Source of the DNA: Mobula hypostoma
Taxonomy: Eukaryota
Direction of reading: 5' to 3'
NCBI RefSeq assembly: GCF_963921235.1
Contig: NC_086109.1
Coordinates: 15,378,001-15,442,000 of the forward strand
Length of the DNA stretch: 64,000 nt
Made by a program: the position numbers and the translations under genes. This document shows, piece by piece, positions 36,815-50,670 of the stretch. Each line of letters begins with the position of its first letter. The first letter of the stretch is position 1. The notes beneath the pieces are model-generated. The model was not told where the DNA came from. It searched no databases and saw only the letters and a program-made list of their open reading frames with translations.

Positions 36815-37018
36815 ATTAAAGATTAGTTTTATTTGTCACATATACATTGAAATATACAGTGAAATGTATTGTTTGCATCAAATCAAATCAGTAAGGATTG
36901 TGCTGGGCAGCCCTGCAAGTATCGCCATGCCTCCAATGCCCACACCTCACTAACTCTGACCATATGTCTTTGGAATGTGGGAGGAAATGCAGAGCACCCA
37001 AAGGAAACCCACACTTCT
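36815..37018 (-). mobile_element. V-domain SINE fragment
   Basis: Minus strand GTGTGGGTTTCCTTTGGGTGCTCTGCATTTCCTCCCACATTCCAAAGAC. Confidence 0.7.
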
Positions 37019-37434
37019 GTGGATTGAATGCATACGCAACTGAGGAATGAACAACTCACACATCTCATTCAAAGATTCAAAGTACATTTATTATCAGAGT
37101 ATGTATGTAGTACACAACCCTGAGATTCGGCTTCCCCACAGAGAGCCATGAAACAAAGAAATGTCATGGAACCCGCTCAAAGGATACAAAACATCAAACC
37201 ACAGAATCATTAAGGCAGTCCAGGAATGGTCAGTTTAGTTCAGTTCAGTTTAATTTAGTGCTGTGTTGCTAGTTGACTGCAGGCTCCAGAGCCAGTCTGC
37301 CTTGATCAAAACAGCAAAAGGAGTAACCAGAATCCAGAAACACATCATAACACGAACTGCAGAGTCCAATCCACAAACCAATTAAACCTTGCCCAAGACC
37401 CAAGACTCAACCACCATCCCCTGGCAGCATTGAA

Positions 37435-39045
37435 TGAGAGGGAGAGAGAGACCGGCCAAACGCAGGCACTTTCCACCAGCAGCTTCGAGTGAGAGTGAGA
37501 GAGAGAGACAGACCGGTCAAACGCAGGCACCTTCCACCAGCAGCTTCGAGTGAGGTGAGAGGGAGAGACCAGTCAAACGCAGGCACCTTCCACCAGCAGC
37601 TTCGAGCGAGGTGAGAGGGAGAGAGACAGACCGGTCAAACACAGGCACCTTCCACCAGCAGCTTTGAGCGAGGTGAGAGGGAGAGAGACAGACCGGTCAA
37701 ACGCAGGCACCTTCCACCAGCAGCTTTGAGCGAGGTGAGAGGGAGAGACCAGTCAAACGCAGGTACCTTCCACCAGCAGCTTCGAGTGAGGTGAGAGGGA
37801 GAGACCGGTCAAACGCAGGCACCTTCCACCAGCAGCTTCGAGCGAGGTGAGAGGGAGAGAGACAGACCGGTCAAACGCAGGCACCTTCCACCAGCAGCTT
37901 TGAGCGAGGTGAGAGGGAGAGACCAGTCAAATGCAGGCACCTTCCACCGGCAGCTTCGAGTGAGGTGAGAGGGAGAGACCGGTCAAACGCAGGCACCTTC
38001 CACCAGCAGCTTCGAGCGAGGTGAGAGGGAGAGAGACAGACCGGTCAAACGCAGGCACCTTCCACCAGCAGCTTCGAGTGAGGTGAGAGGGAGAGACCAG
38101 TCAAACGCAGGCACCTTCCACCAGCAGCTTCGAGTGAGGTGAGAGGGAGAGACCGGTCAAACGCAGGCACCTTCCACCAGCAGCTTCGAGCGAGGTGAGA
38201 GGGAGAGAGACAGACCGGTCAAACGCAGGCACCTTCCACCAGCAGCTTTGAGCGAGGTGAGAGGGAGAGACCAGTCAAATGCAGGCACCTTCCACCAGCA
38301 GCTTCGAGTGAGGTGAGAGGGAGAGACCGGTCAAACGCAGGCACCTTCCACCAGCAGCTTCGAGTGAGGTGAGAGGGAGAGACCAGTCAAACGCAGGCAC
38401 CTTCCACCAGCAGCTTCGAGTGAGGTGAGAGGGAGAGACCGGTCAAACGCAGGCACCTTCCACCAGCAGCTTCGAGTGAGGTGAGAGGGAGAGACCGGTC
38501 AAACGCAGGCACCTTCCACCAGCAGCTTCGAGCGAGGTGAGAGGGAGAGAGACAGACCGGTCAAACGCAGGCACCTTCCACCAGCAGCTTTGAGCGAGGT
38601 GAGAGGGAGAGACCAGTCAAATGCAGGCACCTTCCACCAGCAGCTTCGAGTGAGGTGAGAGGGAGAGACCGGTCAAACGCAGGCACCTTCCACCAGCAGC
38701 TTCGAGCGAGGTGAGAGGGAGAGAGACAGACCGGTCAAACGCAGGCACCTTCCACCAGCAGCTTCGAGTGAGGTGAGAGGGAGAGACCAGTCAAACGCAG
38801 GCACCTTCCACCAGCAGCTTCGAGTGAGGTGAGAGGGAGAGACCGGTCAAACGCAGGCACCTTCCACCAGCAGCTTCGAGTGAGGTGAGAGGGAGAGACC
38901 AGTCAAACGCAGGCACCTTCCACCAGCAGCTTCGAGTGAGGTGAGAGGGAGAGACCGGTCAAACGCAGGCACCTTCCACCAGCAGCTTCGAGCGAGGTGA
39001 GAGGGAGAGACCAGTCAAACGCAGGCACTTCTTTCAGCAGTAGCG
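37435..39045 (+). repeat. 56/62-bp minisatellite, about 28 near-identical copies
   Basis: Unit GAGAGGGAGAGACC(G/A)GTCAAACGCAGGCACCTTCCACCAGCAGCTTCGAG(T/C)GAGGT; the long variant adds 6 bp. Confidence 0.95.
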
Positions 39046-40329
39046 AGCGAGAAGACAAATGGATTGGTTTCAGGGACTTGATCCTTCTGTCTCCTATTCT
39101 CACTAGGAGAAGAGCAGAGACCATCTGCTGACAGGCGAAGACTGAACAATCCTTGGCTGTTCTACCCCTTAACAGGTAAGTGGTAAGGACAAAACTTCAG
39201 GAGCTGGCTTGGGTGAGATAGCAGATGAAGCCACAATCTATTGCTGGTTTCCAGAGAACCTGCTGTTATTTGACAGACTGAATGGCCTGTCACTGTTATT
39301 CAACCAGCCAATTCTGAAATCACAGTCTAACTGATGCTCTGAATTTTCCACTTAGAAGAGCTCTCACAATGAAAAGATTGCTCAGATCAGTGTCTCTATT
39401 GTTACGGTGTATTCTTTATTGATGTTTTTTATGCCAAAACATATGACTAGCTGGATAAGCTGGGTAGAAACATTATTGGTATGGGAAAGGGGAAGATGAA
39501 TGACAGGTAAAGGAATGAAACTAGTCACTGCAAATTAAATCTGCAGCCAAATTTAAGATTCAGTCAAATTGGCTTGGGACTCGCTTTGTACGGCAGTCAG
39601 TAAGCAAGTAGGTAACAAAGAAATTTACAGGGCATCGGGGTTAGATGTGATAGACTGGGGAGTAGTTAACAGGAGTAGACTCCACATAGATGTCCTTTAG
39701 AAGGTAATTAAACAGAGATGTTGACCTATAAAATGCTCCTGAGTATTTCTATTCCCTAATTTATTGCTAGCCTATTTGCATTCCATGCAAATAAATGCCT
39801 CATTTATTTTTCTGAATATTGGATAATATGGCCACCCTCCTTTATATCTCATGAAGCTGTTAAAATATTAACTAAGTTTCTGTCTATATTCACATCTAAT
39901 TTTTTTGTTCCCTACTTTATCTATATCAGTGCTTGTGGGGTGTTTTTAATTCCTCACATTTCTCTTTGTGGCACTTGTTTACTGATACTCTATGAACTGG
40001 GATTAACTGTGCTGAGTGTGGAACTGGGGACACATTGCTGTTGCTCCTTAATCCACTCCCCACCTCAGCAGCACAGGTTTACAACATGGAGAATTCCCTG
40101 CTGAACTGGTTACAAGATACCAGAGAGGTGTGTTTGGCTGGCCTCTGAAATTTAGACTGCATTTTTAGTGTGTGCCGATGTTTCCTGTAGAATGTTGGAA
40201 AGAGCCTTTTTGAACATTTCCACAAAAGCAGTCCTTCTTTTGGGATATGGATGTGGCTCCTGAAGGGTAACGGAGAAGGTGCTGGTGAACTATTGTAAAT
40301 TCGACACCAGAAGTGCAGTGCATAAAGAA

Positions 40330-40650
40330 ATTCCAGGATTAGAGGGCACAGCCTCAAAATAGAAGGACATTCCCTTAGATCAGAGATGAGGAGGAATTTC
40401 TTCAGCCAGATGGTGGTGAATCTGTGAAATTCATTGCCATAGATGGCTGTGGAGGCCAAATCATTGAGTATATTAAAATTGGAGGTTGATAGGTTCTTGA
40501 CTAGTAAGAGGGTCAAAGATTACCAGGGTGGAGGAGGGGGGAAGGCAGGAGAATGGAGGTTGTGAGGGATAATAAATCAGCCATGATGGTATGGCAGAGA
40601 AGACTCAATGGGCCGAATGGCCTAATTCTGTTCCTCGGTATTATGGTCTA
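40330..40650 (+). mobile_element. CR1 LINE 3' end
   Basis: agagggcacagcctcaaaat...gaggaggaatttcttcagccag...gggccgaatggcctaattctg. Confidence 0.8.
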
Positions 40651-41484
40651 AAATTACTGTAAGTTACAATAAAGATCATAAAAAGTTGAGAGATCAAAAA
40701 GAGAGCAGAGTACTGAGGTAGTGTTCATGGGTTCATGCACTATTTAGAAATCTGATGGCAGAGGGAACAACCTGTTTCTAAATCACTGAGCTTAAGTTTA
40801 TGTTTAAGTTGAATTATCATTCATCATACATGAATATAGCTAAAAGAAACAGTATTCTTCTGGAGCCAAGGTGTGAAACACATTACCAACAGCACACAAC
40901 ACATAGCACTTATGGTTATGAGAGCATACAGTAAGAGAGTAACAAAAGATACATAGCCGAAATCTCTGAGGGACACCAGAGGGCAGCACTGGAGGTCAAC
41001 CTTTCAACCCAGTACAGATTCCAGAGCGCCGACAGAGGCCTCTGCTCTCTCCTACACTGCCTCCGTCATCTCCCTGGGGCGGATGCAACAGACAACTCCG
41101 CGATATGAGGTCCGAATCCGCACCACAACCGAGGCAATGCAGCTCCCCTACTGTTGGTCCTGCCAATGATCTAGTGAATCAGACTTGCAGTATTCTACGT
41201 TACATATGACTACCGAAGTCTTGTGACCACAAGAAGAACATCCAGGACAATCAGAGTGCACCACCTTGGCAGGACAATGGTACCAGACAATAGCACAACA
41301 ATGATATGCAATCAGTCCATCTCCATCGCTATTGAGCAACTTGATGATGGGTAGACCTACAGCACTTAATGTTTTTAACATCCACCAGTGTCTTGCAATT
41401 GTAAAAAAGATGTAATGGATGTATAACCACACCTTTGGTTGGACCCAGAGAGGCTGCTGCATCAATCGCTCCACCTGAAGTTTG

Positions 41485-42412
41485 TGTCATCTACTCTATA
41501 AGAAGGGAGAAATGCAAAAGAAAGGAAATTATAGGCCAGTTAGCCTAACCTCAGTGGTTGGAAAAGTGTTGGAGTCTATTATTAAGGATGAGGTTTTAGG
41601 GTACTTGGAGACTAATGATAAAATAAGTCAAAGTCAGCATGGTTTCTGTAAAGGGAAATCTTGCCCGACAAATCTGATAAGGTGCCACATGAGGCTGCTT
41701 AACAAACTAAAATCCTGTGGTGTTAAATGCACCCGCCACTCTCTGTGTGAAAATCATTGTTTATCAATGACTTAGATAATGGAATTGATGGCTTTGTGGC
41801 AAGTTTGCGGATGATACAAAGATAGGTGAAGGGGTAGGTAGTGCTGAGGAAGCAATGCGATTGCAGCTGGACTTAGACAAATTGGAAGAATGGGCAAAAA
41901 GGTGGCAGATGGAATACAGTGTTGGGAAACGTACAATAATGCACTTTGCTAAAAGGAACAATGGTACAGACTATTATCTAAATGGGGAGAAGGTTCAAAC
42001 ATCAGAGGTGCAGAGGGACTTAGAAGTCCTCATGCAAGACTCACAGAAGGTTAATTTACAGTTGAAGTCTGTGGTAAAGAAGGCAAATGTTGGCATTTAT
42101 GGGGATCTCATTGAAACCTACTGAACGTTGAAAGGACTAGAAAGGGTAGATGTGGAGAGGATGTTTCCTATGGTGGGGGTATCCAAAACGAGAGGGCACA
42201 GCCTCAAAATTGAGGGGTGAGCTTTTAGAACACACATAAGGAGGATTTTTTTTTTTAGCCAGAGCGTAGTGGATCTGTGGAATGGTCTGCCATATTTAAG
42301 GTGGAAGTTGATCGTTTCCTGATCGGTCAGGGCATCGAACAATATGGCGAGAAGGCAGGTGTGTGGGGTTGAGTGGGATCCAGGATCAGCCATGATGGAA
42401 TGGCAGAGCAGA
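41485..42412 (+). mobile_element. CR1 LINE ORF2 remnants with internal deletions
   Basis: GNYRPVSLTSVVGKVLESII...SQHGFCKGKSCPTNL, KFADDTK, LQLDLDKLEEWAKRWQMEY. Confidence 0.85.
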
Positions 42413-43791
42413 CTTGTGGTCTTGTGGTCTTACCTCTTCCCTGATGATAGCAATGAGAAGAGAACATATTCTGGATGGTGAGAGTCCTTAATGATGGATG
42501 CCACCTTCCTGAGACATTGCCTTTTGAAGAATGCCTCGATGGTGGGGAGGTTGGTGCCCATGAAGGAGCTGTCTGAGTTTGCAACCCCGTGCAGTTTTTA
42601 CTGATCTTGTGCGTTGGAGATTCCTATGCAATGGAATTTCCAATCATCAGATCATGGATTATCAGAGTTTTACAGTAATAAGGAATCATGCAATAAAATA
42701 GATCATTTCTTTAGCTGAGAATTCAAAGGCATTGGGCAAGCACAATGGGCAGAACCTGAACATTTTATTTGAAAAATAGCAACATTTTGATTGAGTGCTA
42801 TTACATTTGCAGCTTCAATGTCAAACTCATAGTACATTCGTTTGGCACATGAAGTTCCATCGAGGACCACTAAAGAAGACATTTACACTTGGTTTTTATA
42901 GCTTACTATCACACCCCCACTGAGATATGTGTTCAGCCTCATTACTCCGCTTCTTATTTTTAGCTTCTCCATTTGTGGTTTGTCTGTAATATGTTATTGT
43001 GTAGCGCTGCAGTACTTGCCTCACACTGTTATTAATCACAATAAGCCCCAGCTTGGCAAAAGGAAACTCCTTAGGGATGAAATATTCTCAGTGAAATAAA
43101 CCTTTTCTGCAAAGATTTTCAAGCAAATTAATGAAGGAAATGACAAGAAGCAGCCAGGGCCCAATAGATGACAGGTCCTGAGCAGGGAGACATGACCTGC
43201 ATGGTGAAGCGTTGTATTAACATAGGGAGCCTTTCCCTTCAACTGGATGCCCAGTGACTTACTTTTGAAGTGCAGTTACCACTATTAAGTAGTCAAAGTC
43301 AGGAGTTTCAGTGTACTCGGTGTGATCCTTCCACTCTGCAACCAGCTTGTTCTGCTTCTGCTGGAACTTGTTCAAAGTGGAGCTTAGTTTTAATTTTCCG
43401 AGAACCTCCTGCTCTTTAAGCATTGCACTCAGCAAGTTGTTATCGAGCCATGTGAAGAATTAGACCAATGAGAAGCCACCCCGATTGGATGGACACCCAC
43501 CATTCAGGCCATGCTTGGAAACAGGAGCTCTAGGTCTCACACCATCCTGCTCAGGAACCGTTACTACCCTTCAACTGTCAGACCCTTGGATAAGGGGATA
43601 ACTTCACTTGGACAATTACTGAACTGTTCCCACACCCTGTGGACTCTCTTTCAAGGACTCTGTCTCAAGCTTTCAATACTTATTGCTTATCTATCTATTT
43701 ATTAGTTATTTATTTTTTTATCTTTTGTATTTGCACAGATTGTTGGATTTTGCATCTCGGTTGTTTGTCAGTCCTGTTGGGTGCGGTCTTT

Positions 43792-44296
43792 CATAGTCAT
43801 AGTCATAGGCATAGTCATACTTTATTGATCCCGGGGGAAATTGGTTTTCGTTACAGTTGCACCATAAATAATTAAATAATAATATGTAAATTATGCCTGG
43901 AAATAAGTCCAGGACCAGCCTATTGGCTCAGGGTGTCTGACCCTCCAAGGGAGGAGTTGTAAAGTTTGATGGCCACGGGAGGGAATGACTTCCTATGATG
44001 CTTAGTGTTGCATCTCGGTGGAATGAGTCTCTGGCTGAATGTACTCCTGTGCCCAACCAGTACATTATGTAGTGGATGGGAGACATTGACCAAGATGGCA
44101 TGCAACTTGGACAGCATCCTTTTTTCAGACACCACTGTCAGAGAGTCCAGTTCCATCCCCACAACATTACTGGCCTTACGAATGAGTTTGTTGATTCTGT
44201 CGGTGTCTGCTACCCTCAGGCTCCTGCCCCAGCACACAACAGCAAACATGATCGCACTGGCCACCACAGACTCGTAGAACATCCTCAGCATCGTCT
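43792..44296 (-). mobile_element. Young Rex1/Babar-type LINE 3' end nested in an older Rex 3' UTR (about 43525-44410)
   Basis: Open frame MLRMFYESVVASAIMFAVVCWG...HPLH...RKSFPPVAIKLYNSS; (GACTAT)n tail. Confidence 0.85.
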
Positions 44297-44692
44297 GTTC
44301 ATCGATTCTATTAGGTTTCTTGCATTTACTGAGTATGCCTGAAGGAAAGGAAATCTCAGGGTTGTAAATAGTGACAAATATGTACTTTGTTAATAAATTT
44401 ACTTTGAACATCATACTCGACTCAAGTGGTCACACTACTCCCCAGAGGGTGGCTGGGAGCATGGGCAGGAGCATCAGAGAATGAGGCTATATTCAGGCTG
44501 TAGTGCTGGGGAAGAGGGTAGCTCTGTGGAAAGGTGAGAGGAGATTGGTTCCTGAGGTAGGTTGCAGGAATTCCAAGTGAATTTCAGGGATCTAGAGCAT
44601 TGTGGGTATCAGGATCAAGGCAATGGGTGGTAGAGATGTGGCTAAACAAGAGGAAAGGCAATGGGGCGATAGTCCAATGTACCTGCGCTAAA

Positions 44693-44695
<3 letters not shown>

Positions 44696-44730
<35 letters not shown>

Positions 44731-44970
44731 TGTGTGTGTGTGCGTGTGTGTGTGAGGTGTGTGTGTGTGTGTGTGTGTGTTTGTGTGTGTGTGTGCGTGT
44801 GTGTGTGAGGTGTGTGTGTGTGTTTGTGTGTGTGAGATGTGTGTGTGTGTGTGTGTGTGTTTGTGTGTGTGTGTGCGTGTGTGTGTGAGGTGTGTGTGTG
44901 TGTTTGTGTGTGTGAGATGTGTGTGTGTGTGTGTGTGAGAGATGTGTGTATGTGTGTGCATGTGTGTGTG

Positions 44971-45018
<48 letters not shown>

Positions 45019-45159
45019 TGTGTGTATGTGTGTGCATGTGTGTGTGAGGTGTGTGTGTGTGTGTGTGTGTGAGATGTGTGTATGTGTGTGCGTGTGTGTG
45101 TGAGGTGTGTGTGTGTGTGTGTGTGAGATGTGTGTATGTGTGTGCGTGTGTGTGTGAGA

Positions 45160-45190
<31 letters not shown>

Positions 45191-45288
45191 CTGTGTGTGT
45201 GAGATGTGTGTGTGTGTGTGTGAGATGTGTGTGTGTGTGTGTGAGATGTGTGCATGTGTGTGTGTGTGTATGTGTGTGCGTGTGTGTG

Positions 45289-45324
<36 letters not shown>
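44696..45324. repeat. About 630-bp compound (TG)n microsatellite
   Basis: Direct reading; periodic GAGG, GAGA, TTT and CG interruptions. Confidence 0.97.
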
Positions 45325-45327
<3 letters not shown>

Positions 45328-45394
45328 CGCGCACATTGGTATTGGTTTATCATTGTAACATGTACCAAGGTACAGTAAAACACTTGCCTTGCAT

Positions 45395-46640
45395 ACTTAA
45401 ATGAATTCTTTGCATCTGTATTACGTGGATACACAGCCCATAGAAGTGAGGCAAAGTGGCATCATAGACCTCATGGACCCTGTACTGATCACAGAGTTGG
45501 AGGTGTTTCCTACCCTGAGGCAAATCAGGATGGATAAATCCCCAGGGCTTGAGAAGGTCTTCCCTTGGACCCTATGGGAGGCAAGTGCAGAAATTACCAG
45601 GGCCCTGCAGAGATATTTAAATCATCCTTAGCGACAGGAGAGTTACCAGAGAACTGGTGGATAGTCAATGTTGTTCCGCTGTTTAAAAGAGGTTCTAAAT
45701 ATAAACAAGGAAATTATAGGCCAGTGAGTCTGACATCAGTTGTGGGAAAGTTATTGGAAGGTATTGTAAGGGACCAGATTTATAAGTATTTGGATAGATG
45801 TGGACCGACTAAGGATAGTCTGTAAGGCTTTGTGCGTAGCAGGTCATGTCTAACCAATCTAATAGAGTTTTCGGGGAAGTTACCAGGAAAGTGGATGTTG
45901 TCTACATGGACTTCAGTAAGGCCCTGCATGGGAGGCTGCTCCAGAAGGTTCAGTCACTCGACATTCAGGATGAGGTAGTACACTGGATTAAACATTGGCT
46001 TTGTGGGAGATACCAGAGAATAGTAGTAGAGGAGGCCTGTGACTGGTGGTGTGCTGCAGGGATCGATGCTGGGTCCATTGCTATTTTTCATCCATATCAG
46101 TGATCTAGATGATAGTGTGGTTAACTGGATCAGCAATTTGCAGATGATAGCAAGATTGGGGGTGTAGTGGACAGCGAGGAAGGCTACCATAGCTTGCAGA
46201 GGGTTTTGCATCAGCTGGAAAAATGGGCTGTAAAGCAGCAGATGGAATTTGATAGAATCAACCAGGGTAGGTCTTACGCAGTGAACGGTAGGGCACTGAG
46301 GAGTATGGTAGAACAAAGGGATCTGGGAATACATTGAAAGCGGTGTCACGGGTACATAGGGTCGTAAACAGAGCTTTTGGCACATTGGCCTTCATAAATA
46401 ATGTATTGAATACTGAAGATGGGATGTTATGTTGAAGTTGTATAAGATGTTGGTGAGGCTTAACTTGGAGTATTGTGTGCAGTTTTGGTCACCTACCTAC
46501 TGGAAAGATGTAAGCAAGGTTGAAAGACTACAGAGAAAATTTATGAGGATTTTACTGGGTCTGGAGGACCTGATTAATAAGATTGAATAGGTTAGGGCTG
46601 TATTCTTTAGAATATAGAAGACTGAGAGATTTGATAGTGT
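45395..46640 (+). mobile_element. CR1 LINE ORF2 remnant
   Basis: DKSPG, VVPLFKRG...NYRPVSLTSVVGKLLE, VDVVYMDFSKA, FADD-like, LEYCVQFWSP. Confidence 0.85.
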
Positions 46641-46919
46641 CAAAACCACGGATTCAGCAACGCAGCAGATATGGCAATTGCACTCGTGAATATGTACGTT
46701 TGAGCTAATTATTACTTCATTCTGATAGTATTTAACTTCATTCATTCTGTCATAGTACTTGTCGAGACTTGGACACGGAACAGCAGTGCTTTGCTGCCTG
46801 CATTCCGCCTTGCCTGAGAAATTGGACAGTCAGGTCAACTGACTCTGAAGACTAGTGGTATTCGTTTCATTCTGAGTTGTTCTTTCCAGCCACAGTGTAG
46901 GCTTCATTTTCCATTTGAG

Positions 46920-47758
46920 ACTGGGCAGATGCATGGCAGATGCAGTTTCATGTGGATAAATGTGAGGTTATCCACTTTGGTGGTAAGAACGGGAAGGCAG
47001 ATTATTATCTAAATGGAGTCAAGTTAGGAAAAGGGGAAGCATAATGAGATCTAGGTGTTCTTGTACATCAGTCACTGAAAGCAAGCATGCAAGTACAGCA
47101 GGCAATGAAGAAAGCTAATGGCATGCTGGCCTTCATAACAAGGGGAATTGAGTATAAGAGCAAAGAGGTCCTTCTGCAGCTGTACAGGGCCCTGGTGAGA
47201 CCACACCTGGAGTACTGTCTGCAGTTTTGGTCTCCAAATTTGAGGAAGGACATTCTTGCTATTGAGGGAGTGCAGCGTAGGTTCACAAGGTTAATTCCTG
47301 GGATGGCGGGACTGTCATATGTCGAAAGATTGGAGCGACTGGGCTTGTATACTCCGGAATTTAGAAGGCTGAGAGGGGATCTTATTGAAACATATAAGAT
47401 TATTAAGGGATTGGAGACGCTGCAGGCAGGAAGCATGTTCCCGCTGATGGGTGAGTCTAGAACCAGATGCCACAGTTTAAGAATTAGGGGTAGGCCATTT
47501 AGAATGGAGTTGAGGAAAAACTTTTACACCCAGCGAGTGGTGAATATATGGAATGCTCTGCCCCAGAAGGCTGGAGTCCAAGTCTCTGGATGCTTTCAAA
47601 AAAGAGATGGATAGAGCTCTTAAAGATAGTGGAATCAAAGATTATGGGGATAAGGCAGGAACTGGATACTGATAGTGGATGATCAGCCATGATCACAGTG
47701 AATGGCGGTGCTGGCTCAAAGGGCCGAATGGCCTACTCCTGCACCTATTGTCTATTGT
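46920..47758 (+). mobile_element. CR1 LINE 3' part, well preserved
   Basis: MQVQQAMKKANGMLAFITRGIEYKSKEVLLQLYRALVRPHLEYCLQFWSP...; (CTATTGT)n tail; close to 2541-3430. Confidence 0.92.
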
Positions 47759-47759
47759 T

Positions 47760-47985
47760 TATTAACTCCTTACAGGCAGTGGCGGGAATTGAACCTGGGT
47801 CACTTGTACTGTAAAATGTTGTGCTAAACCACTGCACTACCGTGCTGTCCATGGGTTTCCTCCCACATTCCAAAGACGTACGGGTTAGTAGGTTAGCTGG
47901 TCATGCGGATGTAATTGGCCGATGTGGGATCGTTGGGCTGGAAAGGCCTTGTTACTGTGGTGTGTCTCTAAATGGATAAAAAAGT
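47760..47985. mobile_element. SINE fragments: minus-strand tRNA-like head joined to a plus-strand V-domain
   Basis: Minus strand GGTAGTGCAGTGGTTTAGC...GGTTCAATTCC; plus strand GGGTTTCCTCCCACATTCCAAAGAC. Confidence 0.65.
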
Positions 47986-48132
47986 AACAAAACGCCATGT
48001 GTGTCCCCAATACCACCACCCCACTCCCACACACTTCTTTCAAAGCTGCTTCTTGAATTACGACTTTAACCACTCCCTCTAAATCTGTAAACTCCATTGC
48101 AGATCTAAACTCCTTTGCTAAACATGTTAACT

Positions 48133-48996
48133 TCAGGTTTTCAGGTTTATTATCACCAGCATGTGACGTGAAATTTGTTAACTTAGCAGCAGCAGTTCAA
48201 TGCAATATATAATCAAGCAGAGAGAGAGGGAGAGAGAAGATAATAAATAAGCAAGTAAATCAGTTACGTATATTGAATAGATTTTAAAAAAGTGCAAAAA
48301 CACAAATACTGTATATTAAAAAAAAGTGAGATAATGTTCAAAGATTCAATGTCCATTTACGAATTGGATGGCTGAGGAGAAGAAACTGTTCCTGAATCAT
48401 TGAGTGTGTGTCTTCAGGTTTCTGTACCTCCTACCTGACGGTGACAGTGAGAAAGGGGCATGCCCTGAGCGCTGGAAGTCCTTAATAATGGACGCTGCCT
48501 TTCTGAGACATCCCTACTTAAAGATGTCCTGGGTACTTTGTAGGCTCGTGCCCAAGATGGAGCTGACTAGATTTACAACCTTCTGCAGCTTCTTTCGGTC
48601 CTGTGCAGTAGCCCCTCCATACCAGACAGTGATGCAGCCTGTCAGAATGCTCTCCACAGTACAACTATAGACGTTTTTGAGTGTATTTGTTGACATGCCA
48701 AATCTCTTCAAACTCCAAATATAGTCGCTGTCTTGCCTTCTTTATAACTGCATCGATATGTTGGGACCAGTTTAGGTCCTCAGAGATCTTGACACCCTGA
48801 AACTTGAAGCTGCTCACTCTCTTCACTTCTGATCCCTCTATGAGGTTTGATATGTGTTCCTTCCTCTTACCCTTCCAGAAGCCCACAATCAGCTCTTTCG
48901 TCTTACTGATGTTGAGTGCCAGGTTGTTGCTGCGGTACCACTCCACTAGTTGGCCTATCTCACTCCTGTACGCCCTCTCGTCACCACCTGAGATTC
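48133..48996 (-). mobile_element. Rex1/Babar LINE 3' portion (young)
   Basis: NNLALNISKTKELIV...KKARQRLY, KRFGMSTNTLKN...TVESILTGCITVWYG; closely similar to 60265-61395. Confidence 0.9.
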
Positions 48997-49514
48997 TTTT
49001 CCCATGTTAAAGGATTCTGCGACAAAAGTGCAAAAGAAATGCATGCCTATCTGTCAAAGTGAGGGCAAGATTTCCGGAAAATTCCGATAAACTTGTTTTT
49101 CTCTAATTTCTCCTTGCCTCTTAAGCGTGTGACTCATATGGAGACTTGTCATCACTTGTGTATCTCCAGAAAGTGAGCACTGACATAGCTATCAGGAGAG
49201 TGTTGGAGCCCATGCAATTCAAAATCTACACAATGAAGGTCATTCTGACTTTATGAGATAGCGTGAAATAGGTAAATCAGATCGGCTGCCATCACACATC
49301 TCCACTGATCACCTTTCTCTTGACATGACAAGGAGGAAGAGACTTACAACTGCCAGCTACAATCAAATTCCACTGTTATATTCTGGGCCAAAAATCAAAT
49401 TTAAGCCAAAAGCAATTTACAGAGAAATTAAACAGGAAAACAAACCCTGGACCATCCTTATGGCCAAGACAGCAGAAGCAAATTATTGATGCAGATATCA
49501 AAGATAAAAATCTT

Positions 49515-49790
49515 AAAAGATTAGCTTTATTTGTCACACGTACATTAAAACATACAGTGAAATGTGTCACCTTGCGTTAAGAACCAACACAGTCCGAGGA
49601 TTGTGCTGGGGGCTGCCTACAAACGTTGCCACATTTCACAACTCACTAGCACTAACCCTGCCCGTATGTCTGTGGACCGTGGGAGGAAACTGGAGCACCT
49701 GCAGGAAACCCACGCCCAGCCATGGGGAGAATGTACAAACCCCAATCGGATGATCGCCGACACTGCAAAGTGGTCACGACTGTGCCACCC
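49515..49790 (-). mobile_element. V-domain SINE
   Basis: Minus strand GTGGGTTTCCTGCAGGTGCTCCAGTTTCCTCCCACGGTCCACAGAC. Confidence 0.75.
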
Positions 49791-50670
49791 CAAACCGTAC
49801 CGTGTCACCTCAACTTAACTCAGCACAGAGCAGAAATAACTCCACTGAAACGCCCTCCTTCCTTCCCCTACCTCCCCCTGCCCAAAACTTCACGAGTCAC
49901 AGCAGCATTGGGTGATACGAAACTAAAACAACCTGCAGATGCCGGAAATATGAAATAGCGTTTTGACGATGAGTCTCAGACTTGAGATATTATCTATGAT
50001 TCTCCTTCCAGAAATGCTACCTGACTTGCTATGCATTTCCAGCCTGTCCTGGGTGGTGGGGTGGAGGTACGTTTCTACCAAAGCAGGTGCTCCTCCACTC
50101 CGGTAACCAGCAGGCCCCCCTTGTGCAAGGTGTAGCACCTGCAGATCAGGGTCACGTGGAGCCATGGGAGCAGGTGGTGGATGTTTGTACGAGCAACTGG
50201 TGCATATCACAAGCCCTGGTTATGCGACCACTGACGCCAGGCAGACAGTCTCTGAAGAATATTGATAATGGCTGGGGTCACCCGTCTTGTGAAGTCACTG
50301 CCCAGAATGAGGCAATGGCAAACCTCTTCTGTAGAAAAATTTGTCAAGAACAATTATGATAATAGATAAGTCCATGATGGCTCACATCATTTAACACGTC
50401 ACACATTGAACGAATGCATATCAATGGCTACTGTACCATTCATCAGACCGGAAGTCTCAACCTTTCTCTACCACTTACTTTGGGGGAAGGAAAGACACCC
50501 TTTGTGACTTTCCATGTGTGAAATGCCTGAACCAAGGCAGGAATCAGTTAGCGATTGAGAAGTAATTTCAATCAGCTGGCAGATTATTGGGTGTTCAGAA
50601 CAGGTACAGAAATGAGGAAGTATTGACGAAGGAAGTTCAATGGTCCCTGAATGTAATTGCTGCTAATATT

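Noticed and set aside
37435..39045. CRISPR-like regular array
   Set aside because: Head-to-tail repeats with no unique spacers, no cas genes, and a vertebrate context.
44584..45434. His/Thr- and Cys/Val-rich ORFs
   Set aside because: Artefacts of the (TG)n tract.
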